64,000 nt of DNA from the human T2T-CHM13v2.0 reference genome, Homo sapiens (GCF_009914755.1 NC_060928.1), one strand, 5' to 3'; shown: positions 18,943-46,096, numbered from the stretch's first letter. The notes: a model not told the origin generated them from the letters alone. A program made the numbers and translations.

Positions 18943-19784
18943 CTAGAATTAGATAGATATTTAGAAATTAGTTTATATTAAATATATAATATAAGATTTG
19001 ACATTATCTATTATATATTTTTGACCCTCTGATATTATGTCTTTAAATGTTATATTAAATGTCTAAAATTTTGATTTTCTTTCTCACCATATATTTTAGC
19101 AGACTTACTACCAAGTAACAAAATTTGCAATTAGTCACGTTTCATCTTCTGCCATATCTCTGATACTAGTATCAGTAATATGGTTAAAGTATTACTATAA
19201 GTGAAGAAGAAAAGAGACCCATAAAATCTCCAGTTTCATATAACATATCCAATGAATTCTTAAAAAATATTTGAATATCTCTTTGGTCAATATGTTACAG
19301 CTAAATTTGGATGGAAATTACAGAAATACAAAAGTAATGGCATGTTTTCCTTTAAGGCAGGAAATGGCTAAATTTGAGTGTTGCCTTTGTCAAAGGAGAG
19401 CAGGAGTGAATTTCAGTCAGAAAATATGCAGAAATAAATGGGGACCTATTTCCCCCTAAAATGTTTAAGGGAAAATTTGGGGGAAATTATCAAACATCAG
19501 TAGGCAGTTTAGTAGAGAAAGGGAAAGTATAATTCAGAGGGATACTCTGCATTAAGTATATTTTTTGATATTCCTTATTTGCCAAATTAAGAAGCAGAGA
19601 CTTTAATCAAAGCCATTGACCTGTATCAATCACTGCTGTGCTCAGTTTTAAGTACAGAGTAGGCATTGGAGGCTAGTTTTAGAGAAATAGAATTAAGTAT
19701 TAAATTTCATCGACCTTACCAAAGTTTAATATTTTGAAAAAAATGTCTAATACTATACTTCTATAAAATAGATTTTGTATTTAC

Positions 19785-19891
19785 CTGGTCTTCACTTGGA
19801 AAATATCGAACAAAAAATCCCAAAACAATTCCTGCCAGCAGACTAATACATACGTTCCTTATAGAGGCTATGGCGTTATTAAGTATACCAC
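19785..19891 (-). CDS. SLC9B1: SLC9B1 exon (107 nt, phase 1 to 0): GGILNNAIASIRNVCISLLAGIVLGFFVRYFPSEDQ
   Basis: Acceptor CCCCTACAG|, donor |GTAAAT. Confidence 0.95.
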
Positions 19892-20110
19892 CTGTAGGGG
19901 CACACAATAAAAAAAAATTCACAAAGAAGTATCTTCACATACACTACACATCAGAAAAGCAAATCTAGGTGGTTCATGAAGAAAAGTAAGCATTTTATAG
20001 AACAAATATATGCAAATGGTCTTTTTATAGTGACATATATGAAAACATGTAGATCTATTTAGTACGTTAAATATATACTCTCAAATAATTTAATATATAC
20101 ACACAACTCA

Positions 20111-20551
<441 letters not shown>

Positions 20552-20949
20552 TTAGCATATGGCTGTTAAGGGCTATATTAACAATTCTTCTTTCATGTAC
20601 TATATGAAAAAGAAACAAATGATTTTAACATGAAAAGAACAATGTAATAACAACATAAAAAATTTTGTTCCAGGGTCAGTCCTAGAAACATTCAAGGGTC
20701 AATTAAGATTTCAGTATATTTAAGTATCTGCTTTTGGTGAAGAAAAAAGGAAAAAAAATACAAAAGATTCCAGTATATTTTATATTCATTAATATTAATA
20801 TATCCATACTTGTAGTTCATTGTAATAAGTAAAAAACAAAAAATAAAAAAACAAAATGAGTCACAAAAATAGTTCAGTTAAGCTCTGGGTAGTGGATTCA
20901 ATATAGTAAGTAAGTATATTTTTAGACATATTTTCTACTAAATATAACA

Positions 20950-21245
20950 GGCAGGGCATGGTGGGCTCACACCTTTAATCCTAGCACTTTGGGAGGCCAA
21001 GGCAGAAGGATTGCTTGAGCCCAAGAGTTTGAGACCAGCTTGGGCAACAGAGTGAAACCCCATCTTTACAAGAAAATAAAAAATTAGCCCGGTATGTGGT
21101 GTGTGCCTATAGTCCAAGTACTCAGTAGGCTGAGGGAGGAGGTCCCTTGAGCTCAGGAGTTTGAGGCTGCACTCCAGCCTGGCTGACAGAGCAAGATCCT
21201 GTCTCAAGAAAATAAAATACAATAAAAATAAAAAATAATATAAAC
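20950..21245 (+). mobile_element. Alu (AluJ-like)
   Basis: GGCAGGGCATGGTGGGCTCAC..TTGCTTGAGCCCAAGAG. Confidence 0.88.
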
Positions 21246-22249
21246 AGAGAGATGTCAGCCAGATGGTGGAATGGGGAGCTCCAAACCTTGATTCTCCATA
21301 AAGATACCAACTGAACAACAATATATGGTCTAAAAGCCTTTATGGAGTTCCATAAACCATTAAGAAGCTGTAGTAGCACAGACAAGTGCAAAGCCAAGAA
21401 TAGTGGCATTGAACAAATAAGAAAAGCTGTTGCATTATACTCATGATACCCCTTCCCCAAGCTGGAACAGGTTGGTGTGGCTGGGAAGCACTCAACTTGC
21501 AGCTTCTCCATTAGCAGGGAAAGAGAAGACTGGAACGGAATAGTTTTATGAGGTTACCTGAAGCTCTCTCTCTCTCTCTAACTTGACACCCAACTGGCAT
21601 ACTTTGGATGCGTGGGAGCCACTGGGAATAAAGGAGAGGTCAGAGATGATGCAGCACCAGGGAACCTGCAGTACCACAGACAGATACCAGAGAGAACAAC
21701 AGCTCCAGAAAAAGAAACTGGCAAACCTCTACTTGGGATGTTGCAATGTATAAACCCAAAGAAGATGCATTCCCAGAAAAGGTTTGAGAGGCTGCTAGAA
21801 CCTATAGCCATGCTGATTCAGGTAAAGGTCTTCCATATGAAGCCAGCTGATAAAAACTGGGAGCAGTGGCAGTTTTTTCAAACGTCCAAATCTTGGCAAA
21901 AATAAGTAAAAAATAAAAAAATAAAAAATAACAGGCATAAGAAGAAACAGAGAAACCTGATGACTAAATTAAAGGAGCAAAATAAATCTCCAGAAACCAA
22001 TCCTAAAGAAATAGATAAATGAGTTACCTGACAAAGAATCCAAATTAACTCTCTTAATGAAGCCCAGTGACAACAGAAATAGATAACTAAATGAAAGCAG
22101 GAAATAATTCATGAACAAAATGAAAATATTAACAAAGAGATAGAAACTAAAAAAAAAAAAAAAAAAAAAGGAACCATACAGAAACTCTGAAGCTAAGGAA
22201 TACAACAGCTCAATTGAAAAATTCACTATTGGAAATCACCAACAGACTG

Positions 22250-22981
22250 TGTAACTGCCCAATGGGTTCACCTTGTGCCCTGCTTAGACAGAGCTGATTT
22301 ATCAAGACAGGGGAATTGCAATGGAGAAAGAGTAATTCATCCAGAGCCAGCTGTGCGGGAGACCAGAGTTTTATTATTACTAAAATCAGTCTCCCTGAGC
22401 ATTCGGGGATCAGAAGTTTTAAAGATAATTTGGCAGGTAGGGGCTTGGGAAGTGGGGACTGCTGATTCATCAGGTTGGAGATGAAATCATAGGGGGTTGA
22501 AGTGATGTTTTCTTGCTGTCTTCTGTTTGTGGGTGGGATGGCAGAACTAGTTGAGCCATTATTACCAGTCTGGGTGGTGTCAGCTGATTCATCCAGTGCA
22601 GGGTCTGCAAAATATCTCAAGCAATGATTTTAGGTTTTACAATAGTGATGTTATCCCCAGGAGCAATTTGGAGAGGTTCAGACTCTTGGAGCCAGAGGCT
22701 GCATAACCCTTCAACTGTAATTTCTAATGCTATAGCTAATTTGTTTATCCTGCAAAGGCAGACTGGTTCCAGGCAAGAAGGGGATCTTTTCAGGAAATGG
22801 CTATTATCAACTTTGTTTCAGAGTCAAACCATGAACTGAATACCTTCCCAAAATTAGTTCATCCGACTGCCAGGAATGAACAAGGACAGTTTAAATGCCA
22901 GAAGCAAGATGGAGTTGATTAGGTCTGATGTCTTTCACTGTCATAATTTCTTCAGTTGTAATTTTTGCAAAGGCAGTTTCA
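22250..22981 (-). mobile_element. LTR8-type ERV1 solo LTR
   Basis: Minus strand starts TGAAACTGCCTTTGCAAAAATTACAACTGA and ends ..GGGCAGTTACA. Confidence 0.85.
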
Positions 22982-23686
22982 ATAACATCAAGCAGAATAA
23001 AGAATCAGTGAAACAGAAGACTAGTCATTTGAAATTATGGAGTCAGAGGAGCAAAAGGGAAAAGGAATGAAGAGTGAAGACAGCCTAAGAGACTTATAGG
23101 ATGCCATCAAGCAGACCAATGTATGTATTATGAAAGTGCCAGAAGAAGAGAAAAATAAAGGGGCAGAGAGCCAGTTAAAAAAATGACCAAAAACTTCTCA
23201 AATTTAAAGAAGGAAATGGACATACAAATCCAAGAGTCTCAAAGAACTCCAAGTTGGATAATTTGCAAAAGACCTACAACGAGACACATTACAATCAAAC
23301 TGTCAAAAGTCAAAGACAAAGAGAGAATTTTGAAAGGAACAGGATCAAAGCAACTTTTCACATACAAGGGAGATGCCATATGGTTATCAGTGGAATTCTC
23401 AGCAAAAACTCTACAGGCCAGAAGAGAATGGGATGATATATTAAAAGGGCTGAAAGAAAAAAAAAAACTGTCAACCAAGAACTGTATAGCCAGTAAAACT
23501 GTACTTCAAAAATGAAGGACAAACAAAGAGTTCCCCAGAGAATTAAAAGGTGAGGGAATTGATCACCACTAGACCTACCTTACAAAAAATGTTAAAGGGA
23601 GTCCTCCATGTGGAAATGAAAGGGCATTGGATAGAAATACAAAAGCATACAAAACATAAACTTCTTTGGTAAAGGTAAATATATGA

Positions 23687-24058
<372 letters not shown>

Positions 24059-25191
24059 TAGAATTTAAAAAGTAAAAGCATAACATTACTGTATTAAATT
24101 ATGTGAATAAACAATATAAAAATATATATTGTGTGACACTGATAACAAAGTGAGAAGGAAGTGTAAAGAAGTAGAGTTTTTGTATGTGATTAAAGTTAAG
24201 TTGTTGTCAATTTAAAATAGATTATTATAACTATGAGATGTTTTCATGTAATTCTACAGTAACCACAAAGAAAAGACCTACAGAAGATACACAAATAAAC
24301 ATGAGAAAGGAACCCAAGCATGCCCCTACCAAAAAAAGAAATCAGTGAAACATAAAGGGAGGCAGGAAGAGAGGAAAAGTGGAAAAAAATAGCTGCAAGA
24401 CATACATAAAACAATAAACAAAATGACAATAGTAAGCCCCTCCCTATCAGTAACTACTTTAAATGCAAATAGGCTAATTTTCCAATCAAAAGACAGAGAT
24501 TGGCCAAATGGATTTAAAAAAATCTAAATATATACTATATGCAAGAGACTTACATTAGATCTAAAGACACACAAAGGTTGAAAGTGAAAGGATGGAAAAA
24601 GATATTCAATGCAGTTGGTAACCAAAAGAGAACAACGATGGCCATACTTAGACAAAATAGAGTTTAAGTCAAATAATAGCACAAGAGACAAGGATATTAC
24701 ATAATAATAAAAGGGCCAATTGACCAAGAAGATATAGCAATTATAAATATATATGCAACTAACAGTACAGCATCTAAATATATGAAGCCAACATAGACAG
24801 AATTGAGGGGTAACATAGATAACAACATCATAATAACAGAAAACTTCAATATCCCACTTTCAATTATGGATACAATAACCAGACAGAAGATCAACTGGAA
24901 AACAGAGAACTTGAACAACACTGTAGACCAATTGGACCTATCTGACATATACAGAACACTTCACCCAATAATAGCAAAATACACTTTCTTCTCAAGTACA
25001 TACCAAGACTTTTCCAGGATAAATGGCATGCTAGTCCACAAACAAGTTTTTAAAAATTTAAGAAAACTGAACTCATACCAAGTATCTTTTCTGACCACAT
25101 TAAATGAAATTAGAAATTCATAGCAGAAGGAAAAAGGAAAAGTAATAAATATGTGGAAATTACAAAAATATACTCTGTTAACCAATTGGCC

Positions 25192-25886
25192 TGTATGGTT
25201 AATATTAATTGTCAATTTGATTGAGGGATGCTTAGATGCCTGATGAAGCACTGAGTGAGGGTATATCTGTGAGGGTGCTGCCACAGGAGAATGATGGATG
25301 AGTTAGTGGACTGAGAGAGAAAGACCCATCCTCACTGTGGGTAGGCATCATGCAATTGGTTGCAAGTGTGGCTAGAACAAAAAGGCAGAAGAATGGGAAC
25401 ATTCAGCTTGCTTGGATTTCTTTTTTATGCACTTTCTCTCTCTTCCAGAGCAGTATGCCTTTTTCTCCTCTTGCCCTTGCACATCAAACTCTAGGTTCTT
25501 TTGCCTTTGGACCCTGGAACTTGCATCAGCAGCCTTTTGGGAGCTCTCAGGCCTTTGGCCTCAGACTAGTGGCTGCACTGTCAGCTTCCCTGGTTTTGAG
25601 ACTTTCAAATTTGGACTGAGCCATGTCACTGGCTTCCTTGGGAGCCATGCTTTAGGCTTCTCTCATTTTCCAGCTTATAGATGGCCTATTGTGGGACTTT
25701 GCCTTTGTAATTATGTGAGCCAATTCTCCTTAATAAATTATATTTCATATATATGTAAATATATTCTCTTTTATATGCATGTATCTATATCTATATCTAT
25801 ATCTATATCTATATCTATATCTATATCTATATCTATATCTATATCTCCTATTGGTTCTGACCCTCTGGAGAACTCTGATTAATACA
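25192..25886 (+). mobile_element. MLT2-family (ERVL) solo LTR
   Basis: TGTATGGTTAATATTAATTGTCAATTTGATT..CCTATTGGTTCTG..CTCTGGAGAACTCTGATTAATACA. Confidence 0.85.
25785..25845 (+). repeat. (TATATC)n hexamer microsatellite, about 10 units
   Basis: Direct reading; gives the ISISIS and RYRYRY runs in the ORF track. Confidence 0.95.
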
Positions 25887-26139
25887 TAGTCAAAGAATAA
25901 GTCACAAGGAAAATTAGAAAATGTCTCGAGACAAATAAAAATGGAAACACAACATTCCAAAGCTTGTGGGATGCAGCAAAATGAATATGAAGAGGACAGT
26001 TTATATATCTAACTACCTACCTTAAAAAAGAAGAAAGATCTAAAATAAGCAACTTAGCTTTACACCTCAAGAAACTGGAAAAAGAAGAACTCAATCCAAT
26101 GTTAGCAAAAGGAAGGAAATAATAAAGTCTAGAGCAGAA

Positions 26140-26440
26140 GGCCGGGTGCAATGGCTCACGACTGTAATCCCAGCACTTTGGGAGGCCGAGGCAGGCAGAT
26201 CACCTGAGATCAGGAGTTTGAGACCAGCCTGAGCAACATGGAGAAACCTGTCACTACTAAAAAATACAAAATTAGCCAGGCATGGTGGTGCATGCCTGTA
26301 ATCCCAGCTACTCTGGAGGCTGAGGCAGGAGAGTCACTTGAACCGGGAGGCGGAGGCTGCACTGAGCTGAGATCGTGCCACTGCACTCCAGCCTGGGCAA
26401 TAAGAGCAAAACTCCATCTCAAAAAAAAAAAAAAAAAAAA
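26140..26440 (+). mobile_element. Alu (AluSp/Sq-like)
   Basis: CCTGAGCAACATGGAGAAAC, GGGCAATAAGAGCAAAACTCC; TSD AAAG(T/G)CTAGAG. Confidence 0.9.
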
Positions 26441-26863
26441 GGCTAGAGAAAAAAAAAAACCCAATGAAACTAGTAGTTGTTTCAAAGTTCAACAAAATTG
26501 ACAAATAATCAGCTAGAATATTTAAGAAAAAAAATAAAGAAGACTCAACTTCTTTTAGGAACAAAAGAGAAGACATTGCAACAGATATTACAGAAATAAA
26601 AAGGATTCTAAGAGTCTACTATGAATGATTATATACTGACAAGTTGGATAACCTAGGAGAAATGAACAGATTCCTAGTAACATGCAAGTTACCAAGACTA
26701 AGTCACAAAATAAAAAATCTTAATAGACCTATAACTAGTAACTGAATCAGGAATCAAAAACCTCCCAGCAAACCAAATACCTGATAAGGGGTTAATATCT
26801 AAAATATATACAGAACAACAACTCAATAACAAAACAACATAATGAGAAATGGTCAGTTGACTT

Positions 26864-27222
26864 TGCTATGGTCCAAATGTTTATGTTCTCCCAATATTCA
26901 TATGCTGGAGCCTAATATTCAATGTGATAATATTAAGAGGTGGGGCATTTTGGAGATGATTAGTTCATGAAGTCATAGCCCTCAGAAATGGGACTAGGGC
27001 CTTTATAAAAGAGGCTTAAGGGAGTTTACTTTCCCTTTTGAACATGTGAGGACAAAGAGAAGGTGCTATCTATAGTGAATATAGTGACCTCACCAGTCAC
27101 TGAGTCTGTTGTAGCCTAAATCTTGGACTTCTCACATTCCAGAACGCAAGAAATAAATTTCTGTTGTTCATAAATTACCAGCCTAAGGTATTTTGTTATA
27201 GCAGCAGGAATGGACTAAGATA
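26864..27222 (+). mobile_element. MaLR solo LTR (MLT1A/MST-like) with 5-bp TSD GACTT
   Basis: TGCTATGGTCCAAATGTTTATG..TATTTTGTTATAGCAGC..GGACTAAGATA; GACTT at 26859-26863 and 27223-27227. Confidence 0.88.
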
Positions 27223-27266
27223 GACTTGAACAGACATTTTTTCCAAAAAAAAATACAAATGGCCAA

Positions 27267-27783
27267 CTAGCATATCAACCCGACACTACGTGGCAGCTGC
27301 CAAGGCTTGGGGATTGAACTCTCTGAAGCAATAGCCTGAGCTGTATGTTGGCTCCTTTTAGCCATGGCTGGGACATAGTGCAGTCCCAAGACTGCACAGA
27401 GCAGCAAAGCTCTGGGCCTGGCCCACAAAACCATTTTTTCCCTCCTAGGCCTCCAACCCTGTGACGGGAGGGGCTGTTGTGAAGAACTCTGACATACCCT
27501 GGAGACAATTTCCCCATTATCTTGGCAATTAACATTCGGCTCCTTGTTACTTCTGCAAATTTCTGCAGTCAGCTTGAATTTCTCCCCAGAAAATGGGCTT
27601 TTCTTTTCTATCACATCATAAGGCTGCAAATCTTCCAAACTTTTATGCTCTGTCTCCCTTTTAAACATAAGTTCCAATTCCAAACCATATTTTTGTGAAT
27701 GCATAAAACTGAACACTTTTAAGAGCACTCAGGTCATAAACTGAACACTCTGCTGCTTAGAAATTTCTTCTACCAGATGTCCT
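27267..27783 (-). mobile_element. MaLR internal sequence (MST/THE1-int), left part
   Basis: GCCAAGGCTTGGGG..CTCTGAAGCAA..CTTGAATTTCTCCCCAGAAAATGGG..GGCTGCAAAT; continues at 36591 after the L1. Confidence 0.85.
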
Positions 27784-36590
<8,807 letters not shown>

Positions 36591-36963
36591 AGAAGTTTCT
36601 TCTACCAGATGTCCTCAATCATCTCTCTCAGTTTCAAAGTTCCATAAATCTCTAGGGCAGGGGCAAAATGCCACCAGCCTCTTTGCTAAAGCATAGCAAG
36701 AGTGACCTCTACTTCAGTTCCCAACAAGTTCTTTATCTCCATCTCAGACCTCCTCAGCCTGGACTTCACTGTCCAAGTCACTATCAGCAGTTCGGTCAAA
36801 GCCATTCAACAAGTCTCTAGGCAGTTCCAAACTTTCCCACATCTTCTGGTCTTCTTCTGAGTCCTCCCAACTGTTCCACCCTCTGCACATTACACAGCTC
36901 CAAAGTCACTTCCACATTCTCAGGTATTTTATAGCATTACTCCATTACCTCGGTATCAAAATC
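36591..36963 (-). mobile_element. MaLR internal sequence (MST/THE1-int), right part
   Basis: TCTCTAGGGCAGGGGCAAAATGCCACCAG..CTTCCACATTCTCAGGTAT; collinear with 27267-27783. Confidence 0.85.
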
Positions 36964-37524
36964 TGTATTAGTCATGGTTCTCTAGACGGATAGAACTAAT
37001 AGGATATATGTATGTATGAAAGGGAGTTTATTAAGGAGAATTGAATCACACCATCACAAAGTGAAGTCCCACAACACGTCTGCAAGTTGAGGGGCAAGGA
37101 ATCTAGTATTGGCTCAGTCCGAGTCCCAAAACCTCAAAAGTAGGGAAACTGACAGGCCAGCTTTGAGTCTCTGGATGAAGGCCTGAGAGCCCCTGGAAAA
37201 CAACTGGAGTAAGTCCAAGAGTCCAAAAGCCAAAGAACCTGGAGTCTGATATTTGAGTGCAGGAAGCATCCAGCATGGGAGAAAGATGAGGGCCAGAAAG
37301 CTCAGCAAGTCAGCTTCTCCTAAACTTCTTCTGCCTGCTTTATTCTAGCCATGCTGGCAGCTGATTTTATGGTGCCGACCCACACTGAGGGTGGATCTGC
37401 CTCTCCCAGTCCACTAAATAAATGTTAATCTCCTTTGGCAACACCCTCACAGACACAACCGGGAACAATACTTTGGATCCTTCAATCCAATCAAGTTGAC
37501 ACTTACTTAATATTAATCTTCACA
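36964..37524 (-). mobile_element. MLT2A-type (ERVL) LTR
   Basis: TGTATTAGTCATGGTTCTCTAGA..GAACTAATAGGATATATG..CAATCCAATCAAGTTGACAC..TATTAATCTTCACA. Confidence 0.88.
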
Positions 37525-37619
37525 ATGTAATATTCATCCCATTTGTAATTTTTCTTTAATATACAAGCTCCTTGAGGACATGCACCATTTGATCTTGTCT
37601 CTCTGTTTTCTTGGGAGGC

Positions 37620-38196
<577 letters not shown>

Positions 38197-38780
38197 TGAT
38201 AACAGTATTTTTTGAAAGAATGACAGATACCAATCATGAAGGAAAAGATTTTCACAATTGACAATAAAAAACTTTAACTTCTGAATGGTAAAAAGAGTGA
38301 GAAAATTAAAAGCCAAATTACAAATTGAAAAAACTAAAGTATATAAAACAAAGGTTTTCATTCTCAATTTAATGCAGAATCTTGACAAATCAAAAAGAAC
38401 AAAAGGTGAACCCACCTAAAAGAAATAGGCAAAAGACTTCCAAGAAAAGCAATTTACAAAATGCCAATGACTAATAAACATGGATATTTAACAGCACTAG
38501 TATTCAAAATACTTCATTTATAGAGATCCCTCCTTCACCTATCAAATTAGCAAAGATGAAAAAGGCTAGTAATACCAAGTTTTGAAGACAGGTGAGAGGA
38601 AATGACAAGTTTATGTACCCTGGTAGGACATGATATTGTGGCAATTTGTTTCAGAACACTCATAAATGTAGATATCTTTTAGATCAACAATTACACTTTT
38701 AAGCTTAAGAAAATATGAAGAATAGGTACAAATATTTCTCTATATGTTCAATTAAGTATTATTTTTTAAATTAAAAAAAA

Positions 38781-39065
<285 letters not shown>

Positions 39066-39292
39066 TAATTAAAAAAAATTTTTATAGCAGCACAACTAAG
39101 TATTATTTTAATAGTAAATATTGGAGTCAAGTTTAATTTTGAACAGGATAAGTAATTATGATGCAGCACATTGAATACTCTTTCATTAAGCTAAACAACT
39201 ATTAAAATGATATACAAATACATTTACTGAAAAGAAACATGTTTGTGATATACAGTTAAGTGTAAAACAATTCAGGTTATAAGAACATATTA

Positions 39293-39601
<309 letters not shown>

Positions 39602-40475
39602 TCAATATTCACTGATTTTTATAAGAATATTTGACAGAGAGAGAGGGGGAAGGGAAGGGAAGGGGAAAGGAAAGGGAAAGGAAGAAGGGAAGAAGGGAAG
39701 GGAAGGGAATATGGGTGGATTTATATCAAAAGGTTCAGAAGGAAATGATTCTTTTCTTCTGGATGTGACTATTGCAGATTTTTTTAACTTTTCCTCTTTT
39801 TCTTATTTATTTATATTTTCTGATTTTAAGAGAAACTATAAAACTATATATATTACTTTTCAACTTAAAAATATTTTAGTGCTTCAATAATGCAGAAGAC
39901 TCAATTTCAACATTGCAGATAATTAAAGCATTACTAAATGTGGAAATGTTTACTTTCACAATTTCTGTAGTGATATTCAAGACCAGATATCACCTTGGGA
40001 ATCAGAACTGGTGCAGGATCTTGTCCTAACACTACCATTAAGGCATATGGCTGACCCAGCTCTGTATGTTTAGGTTGTCTTATAATAGAGCAACCAGTTG
40101 TTTATTAGGATGGCCAAAAAGGCACATTTCAAAAATGCCTATTAAAATATTAGTAGTACAAATAATACCGCTGAATTTTTTCTAATGAGAACTGATAAAA
40201 TTCCAAAGCAATATAAGCAGATACATAGTAATAATATGGTTTATCAAATTAATTGTCACATGATTATTAAAATGAGATCATGTGTGTTAAGTAGTGGTAT
40301 CTTAAGCCACTGAAATATCTTCCTTGGTCTAGAATGAGCTTTCTATGGAGATTAAAAAGATGTTAAATTGAACAGTCTTGGTTAATAAATGAAGAAGCAA
40401 AGCCAGAAACCCTGTTTAAAGAAGTAACAAAAAAGGTCATGAATGATCTAGTGGTTGTTATATTTTCTTGTTTAC

Positions 40476-40651
40476 CTGAGGAAAAGACTATGCTCAAGCA
40501 TGTATTGAATCCAGTGATAGCCAGAATGTCATCCATACTGCTAGCAGCCATTAATAAGGTTGGAATGCCTTCCTCAACACCATATCCATTTTCTTGCAGC
40601 ACCATCATGTAAGGGACAACAACAGCAGGAGAGACAGCACCTAGAACAAAA
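40476..40651 (-). CDS. SLC9B1: SLC9B1 exon (176 nt, phase 2 to 1): FVLGAVSPAVVVPYMMVLQENGYGVEEGIPTLLMAASSMDDILAITGFNTCLSIVFSS, with the ion-binding Asp-Asp motif
   Basis: Acceptor TTCTTTCAG|, donor |GTAAAC; GAT GAC at 40533-40528. Confidence 0.96.
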
Positions 40652-41809
40652 CTGAAAGAAAGAATGAAAATTAATTTAAAAGCATCTTTTAAATCAAGTA
40701 GTGTTTTATAAGTACAAGTAGTTTATAATAACTTTATAACAAACATTGTTTAGAAGAATTTCAAATTTGAGTGAATGCAATTTAATGGTGATAAAACTTT
40801 TCATGCATTGTTTAGTGCTGGCTAAAATTTTATACAGATGTGGTTTAAAATGTTGGGCTGAACACAGGTTGCAGCCTCTCCCTCTATTCCTAAATCCTTT
40901 GAAGTGAAGATGTAAAAGTAATAGAAAAATTCATAACCTAACCAGAAAGCAAAAGGTGAATCCGCAATGGACAAGAAACTAAGTATATCCCAGTAAGATA
41001 AGAGACAGACAATTTAGGATTGAAAAAAGGAAACCATAAACCAAAATCTGTGTAAATAAGATTGCCTCAAAAGATACATGTGCTTCTAAAAGTGCTCCAA
41101 GCCCTGAAATGGCAGATGCTGGGAGCAGGAGAGACCTCTGGGGAAACCAAATAGTTAATTATTTGGAGTACCACTGTAAGAATGGTCAGACAAATCTATC
41201 TTCCACACATTTCCTACCTCTTGAGTAAATAAGTAAGGAAGGAAGGAAGGAACAGAGTTGTCTGCCCAAAAAAACAAGTGTGGCCACCTAAGTTACAAAG
41301 GCAAATGAGAACATTTCTGGAGTGGTTGATGACACCCATGAGGAATGGGGAGGCTCCTGCTCCGAATACCTTCTATTGACATATCTTATCCAGAATTTCG
41401 CCTCATCTCTTCTACATTTACTTTATAAAGGCTGAAGTATATCCTGTGTAGAAATGCTTTTGGTGCTCCTGCCAGAATTGACCTGGTAAATGAACACATC
41501 TCCCAGTGCTGCTTGTTGGCTGCTAATATCTGCAGATTTCTAGAACCCTTGTCCTGCTGACAAGCACCTACCTGGGAATACTAGGGAGGTTGTGCACCCC
41601 TCTACTTTCCCTCCAGACAGCATCTGCCAATGACTGACTGATGTGAGTGTCTAATAGTTTAGCCCATTTGCTTCTGGCTGTACAACCTCTATGGTGCAGT
41701 TTATGCTACAGATTTCCCTGTGGGCTCAAGAAGAGACTAGACTTCTCTAAGACCACATACTGGTCTAGTTCAGTGGTTCCTAAACTCTGCTGCACATTGT
41801 AATCACCTG

Positions 41810-42085
41810 TTGTATTATTTTTCTCATTTTGCTTAACAAGTCATCCCCAAACATAGCAGCTTAAAACAACAAATATTTATTGTCTTATGACTTCTGTGGG
41901 TCAGGAATCTGGGCATGGCTTAGCTGTATGCCTTCACTTAAGATTTCCCATGAGGTAGGGTGGGGTGGGAGAAGATCTGCTTCCAAGTTTACTCATGTAG
42001 CTATTGCAGGCTTCAGTTTTTTCCAATGGGGTTTTCTCCACAGGGCTGCCTCAGGACATGGCAGCTGGCTTCCCCAGGAATAAGT
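41810..42085 (-). mobile_element. MLT1-family MaLR LTR fragment
   Basis: GCTTAAAACAACAAATATTTATT..TTCTGTGGGTCAGGAATCTGGGCATGGCTTAGCTG. Confidence 0.7.
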
Positions 42086-42089
42086 GATC

Positions 42090-44100
<2,011 letters not shown>

Positions 44101-45353
44101 GAAGTCCAGAACATTATTTTCAAAGATCTAGAATGGTAACATAAAACTCACGAAGATGCTGCCACTCTGTCCCCAGTGGCACATGAGTGCACCCCACAGC
44201 ACCATTGCCCTGGCTGGCCCATGCAAGTATGCAGAACAACCCCATCCCACACCTGCCAGCACTGCACCCCTGCCAACACAGGCATACCTGCTGTGTGCTG
44301 CTGCTGCTGGCACATATGTGTGAGTAGGGACCTTGCTACAATCACTACAATGAAGCACTCTGGCTGGCACACCCCATCAGAGTGTTGTTGCCAGTGGACT
44401 GGGAACACCTCAGTGCTTAACACTGAAGGGCCAGACAACAAATCTGTGGGTATGGTACCAGCCCTGCAAAGTTAGAGCATGCAGCTCAGGAGTGCTGAGC
44501 TGAGCCTTTGCCCCCTGAAATCTTCCAGAAATGAAGCCATTTGACTGAACCTACCTTGTGCCACAGTCAAACCCTCAAGGGCATTAAAGAATATAAAAAA
44601 GGAAAAAGCTCCATCCAAAGGACAGTGACTCAAAACATTAAAGGAACCTTAGCCCACACAGATGTGAAAGAACCAGTGCAAAAACTGGCAATGTAAAAAG
44701 CCAGAATGTCTTCCTGTCTTCAAGCAATCATACTAACTCTCTAACAATGGTTGTTAACCAGGATTAAATGACAGACATAGAATTCAGAATCTGGATAGAA
44801 ACAAAGATCATTGAGATTCAGAAGAAAGTCAAAATCCAATCCAAATAATCTAAGGAATCCAATAAGATGACATAAGAGCTGAAAGATGAAATAGGCGTTT
44901 TAAGAAAGAACCAAACTAAACTGATAGAGCTGAAAAATGCGCCTCAAGAATTTCATAATACAATAACAAGTACTAACAGCAGAACAGACCAAGCTGAGAA
45001 AAGAATCTTAGATCTCAAAGACCACTTCTTTGAATTAACTCAGTCAGATGAAAATAAAGAACAAGAAAGAATGAACAAAACCTCTGAGAAATCTGAGATT
45101 ATGTAAAGAGACCAAACATATGACTGAAGGCATCACTCAAAGAAAGGGAGAAAGAATAAGCAAGTTGGAAAACATATTTGAGGATACTGCCCACAAAAAT
45201 TTCCCAAATCTTGCTAGAGAAGTCACCATTTAAATCCAGGAAATGCAGAGAACCCCTGTGAGATACTACATAAGATGACCATCCCCAAGACATCCCCAAG
45301 TCATCAGATTCTCCAAGGTCAACATGAAAGAAAAAAACATGAAAGGCAGCTAA

Positions 45354-45752
<399 letters not shown>

Positions 45753-45760
45753 TTCAGCAT

Positions 45761-45791
<31 letters not shown>

Positions 45792-45794
45792 CTT

Positions 45795-46096
<302 letters not shown>

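Noticed and set aside
25785-25845. Regular repeat array (also 56332-56376 and 61670-61790)
   Set aside because: Simple microsatellites or a short tandem duplication without spacers; eukaryotic DNA, not CRISPR.
39620-39715. Purine-rich GGAAG tract giving ORF 39531..39890
   Set aside because: Low-complexity sequence inside decayed L1M next to an Alu tail.
44128-44475. Cys/His-rich overlapping ORFs in a GC-richer island
   Set aside because: Lies in the 5' UTR of an old L1; no homology to a known protein that I recognise.
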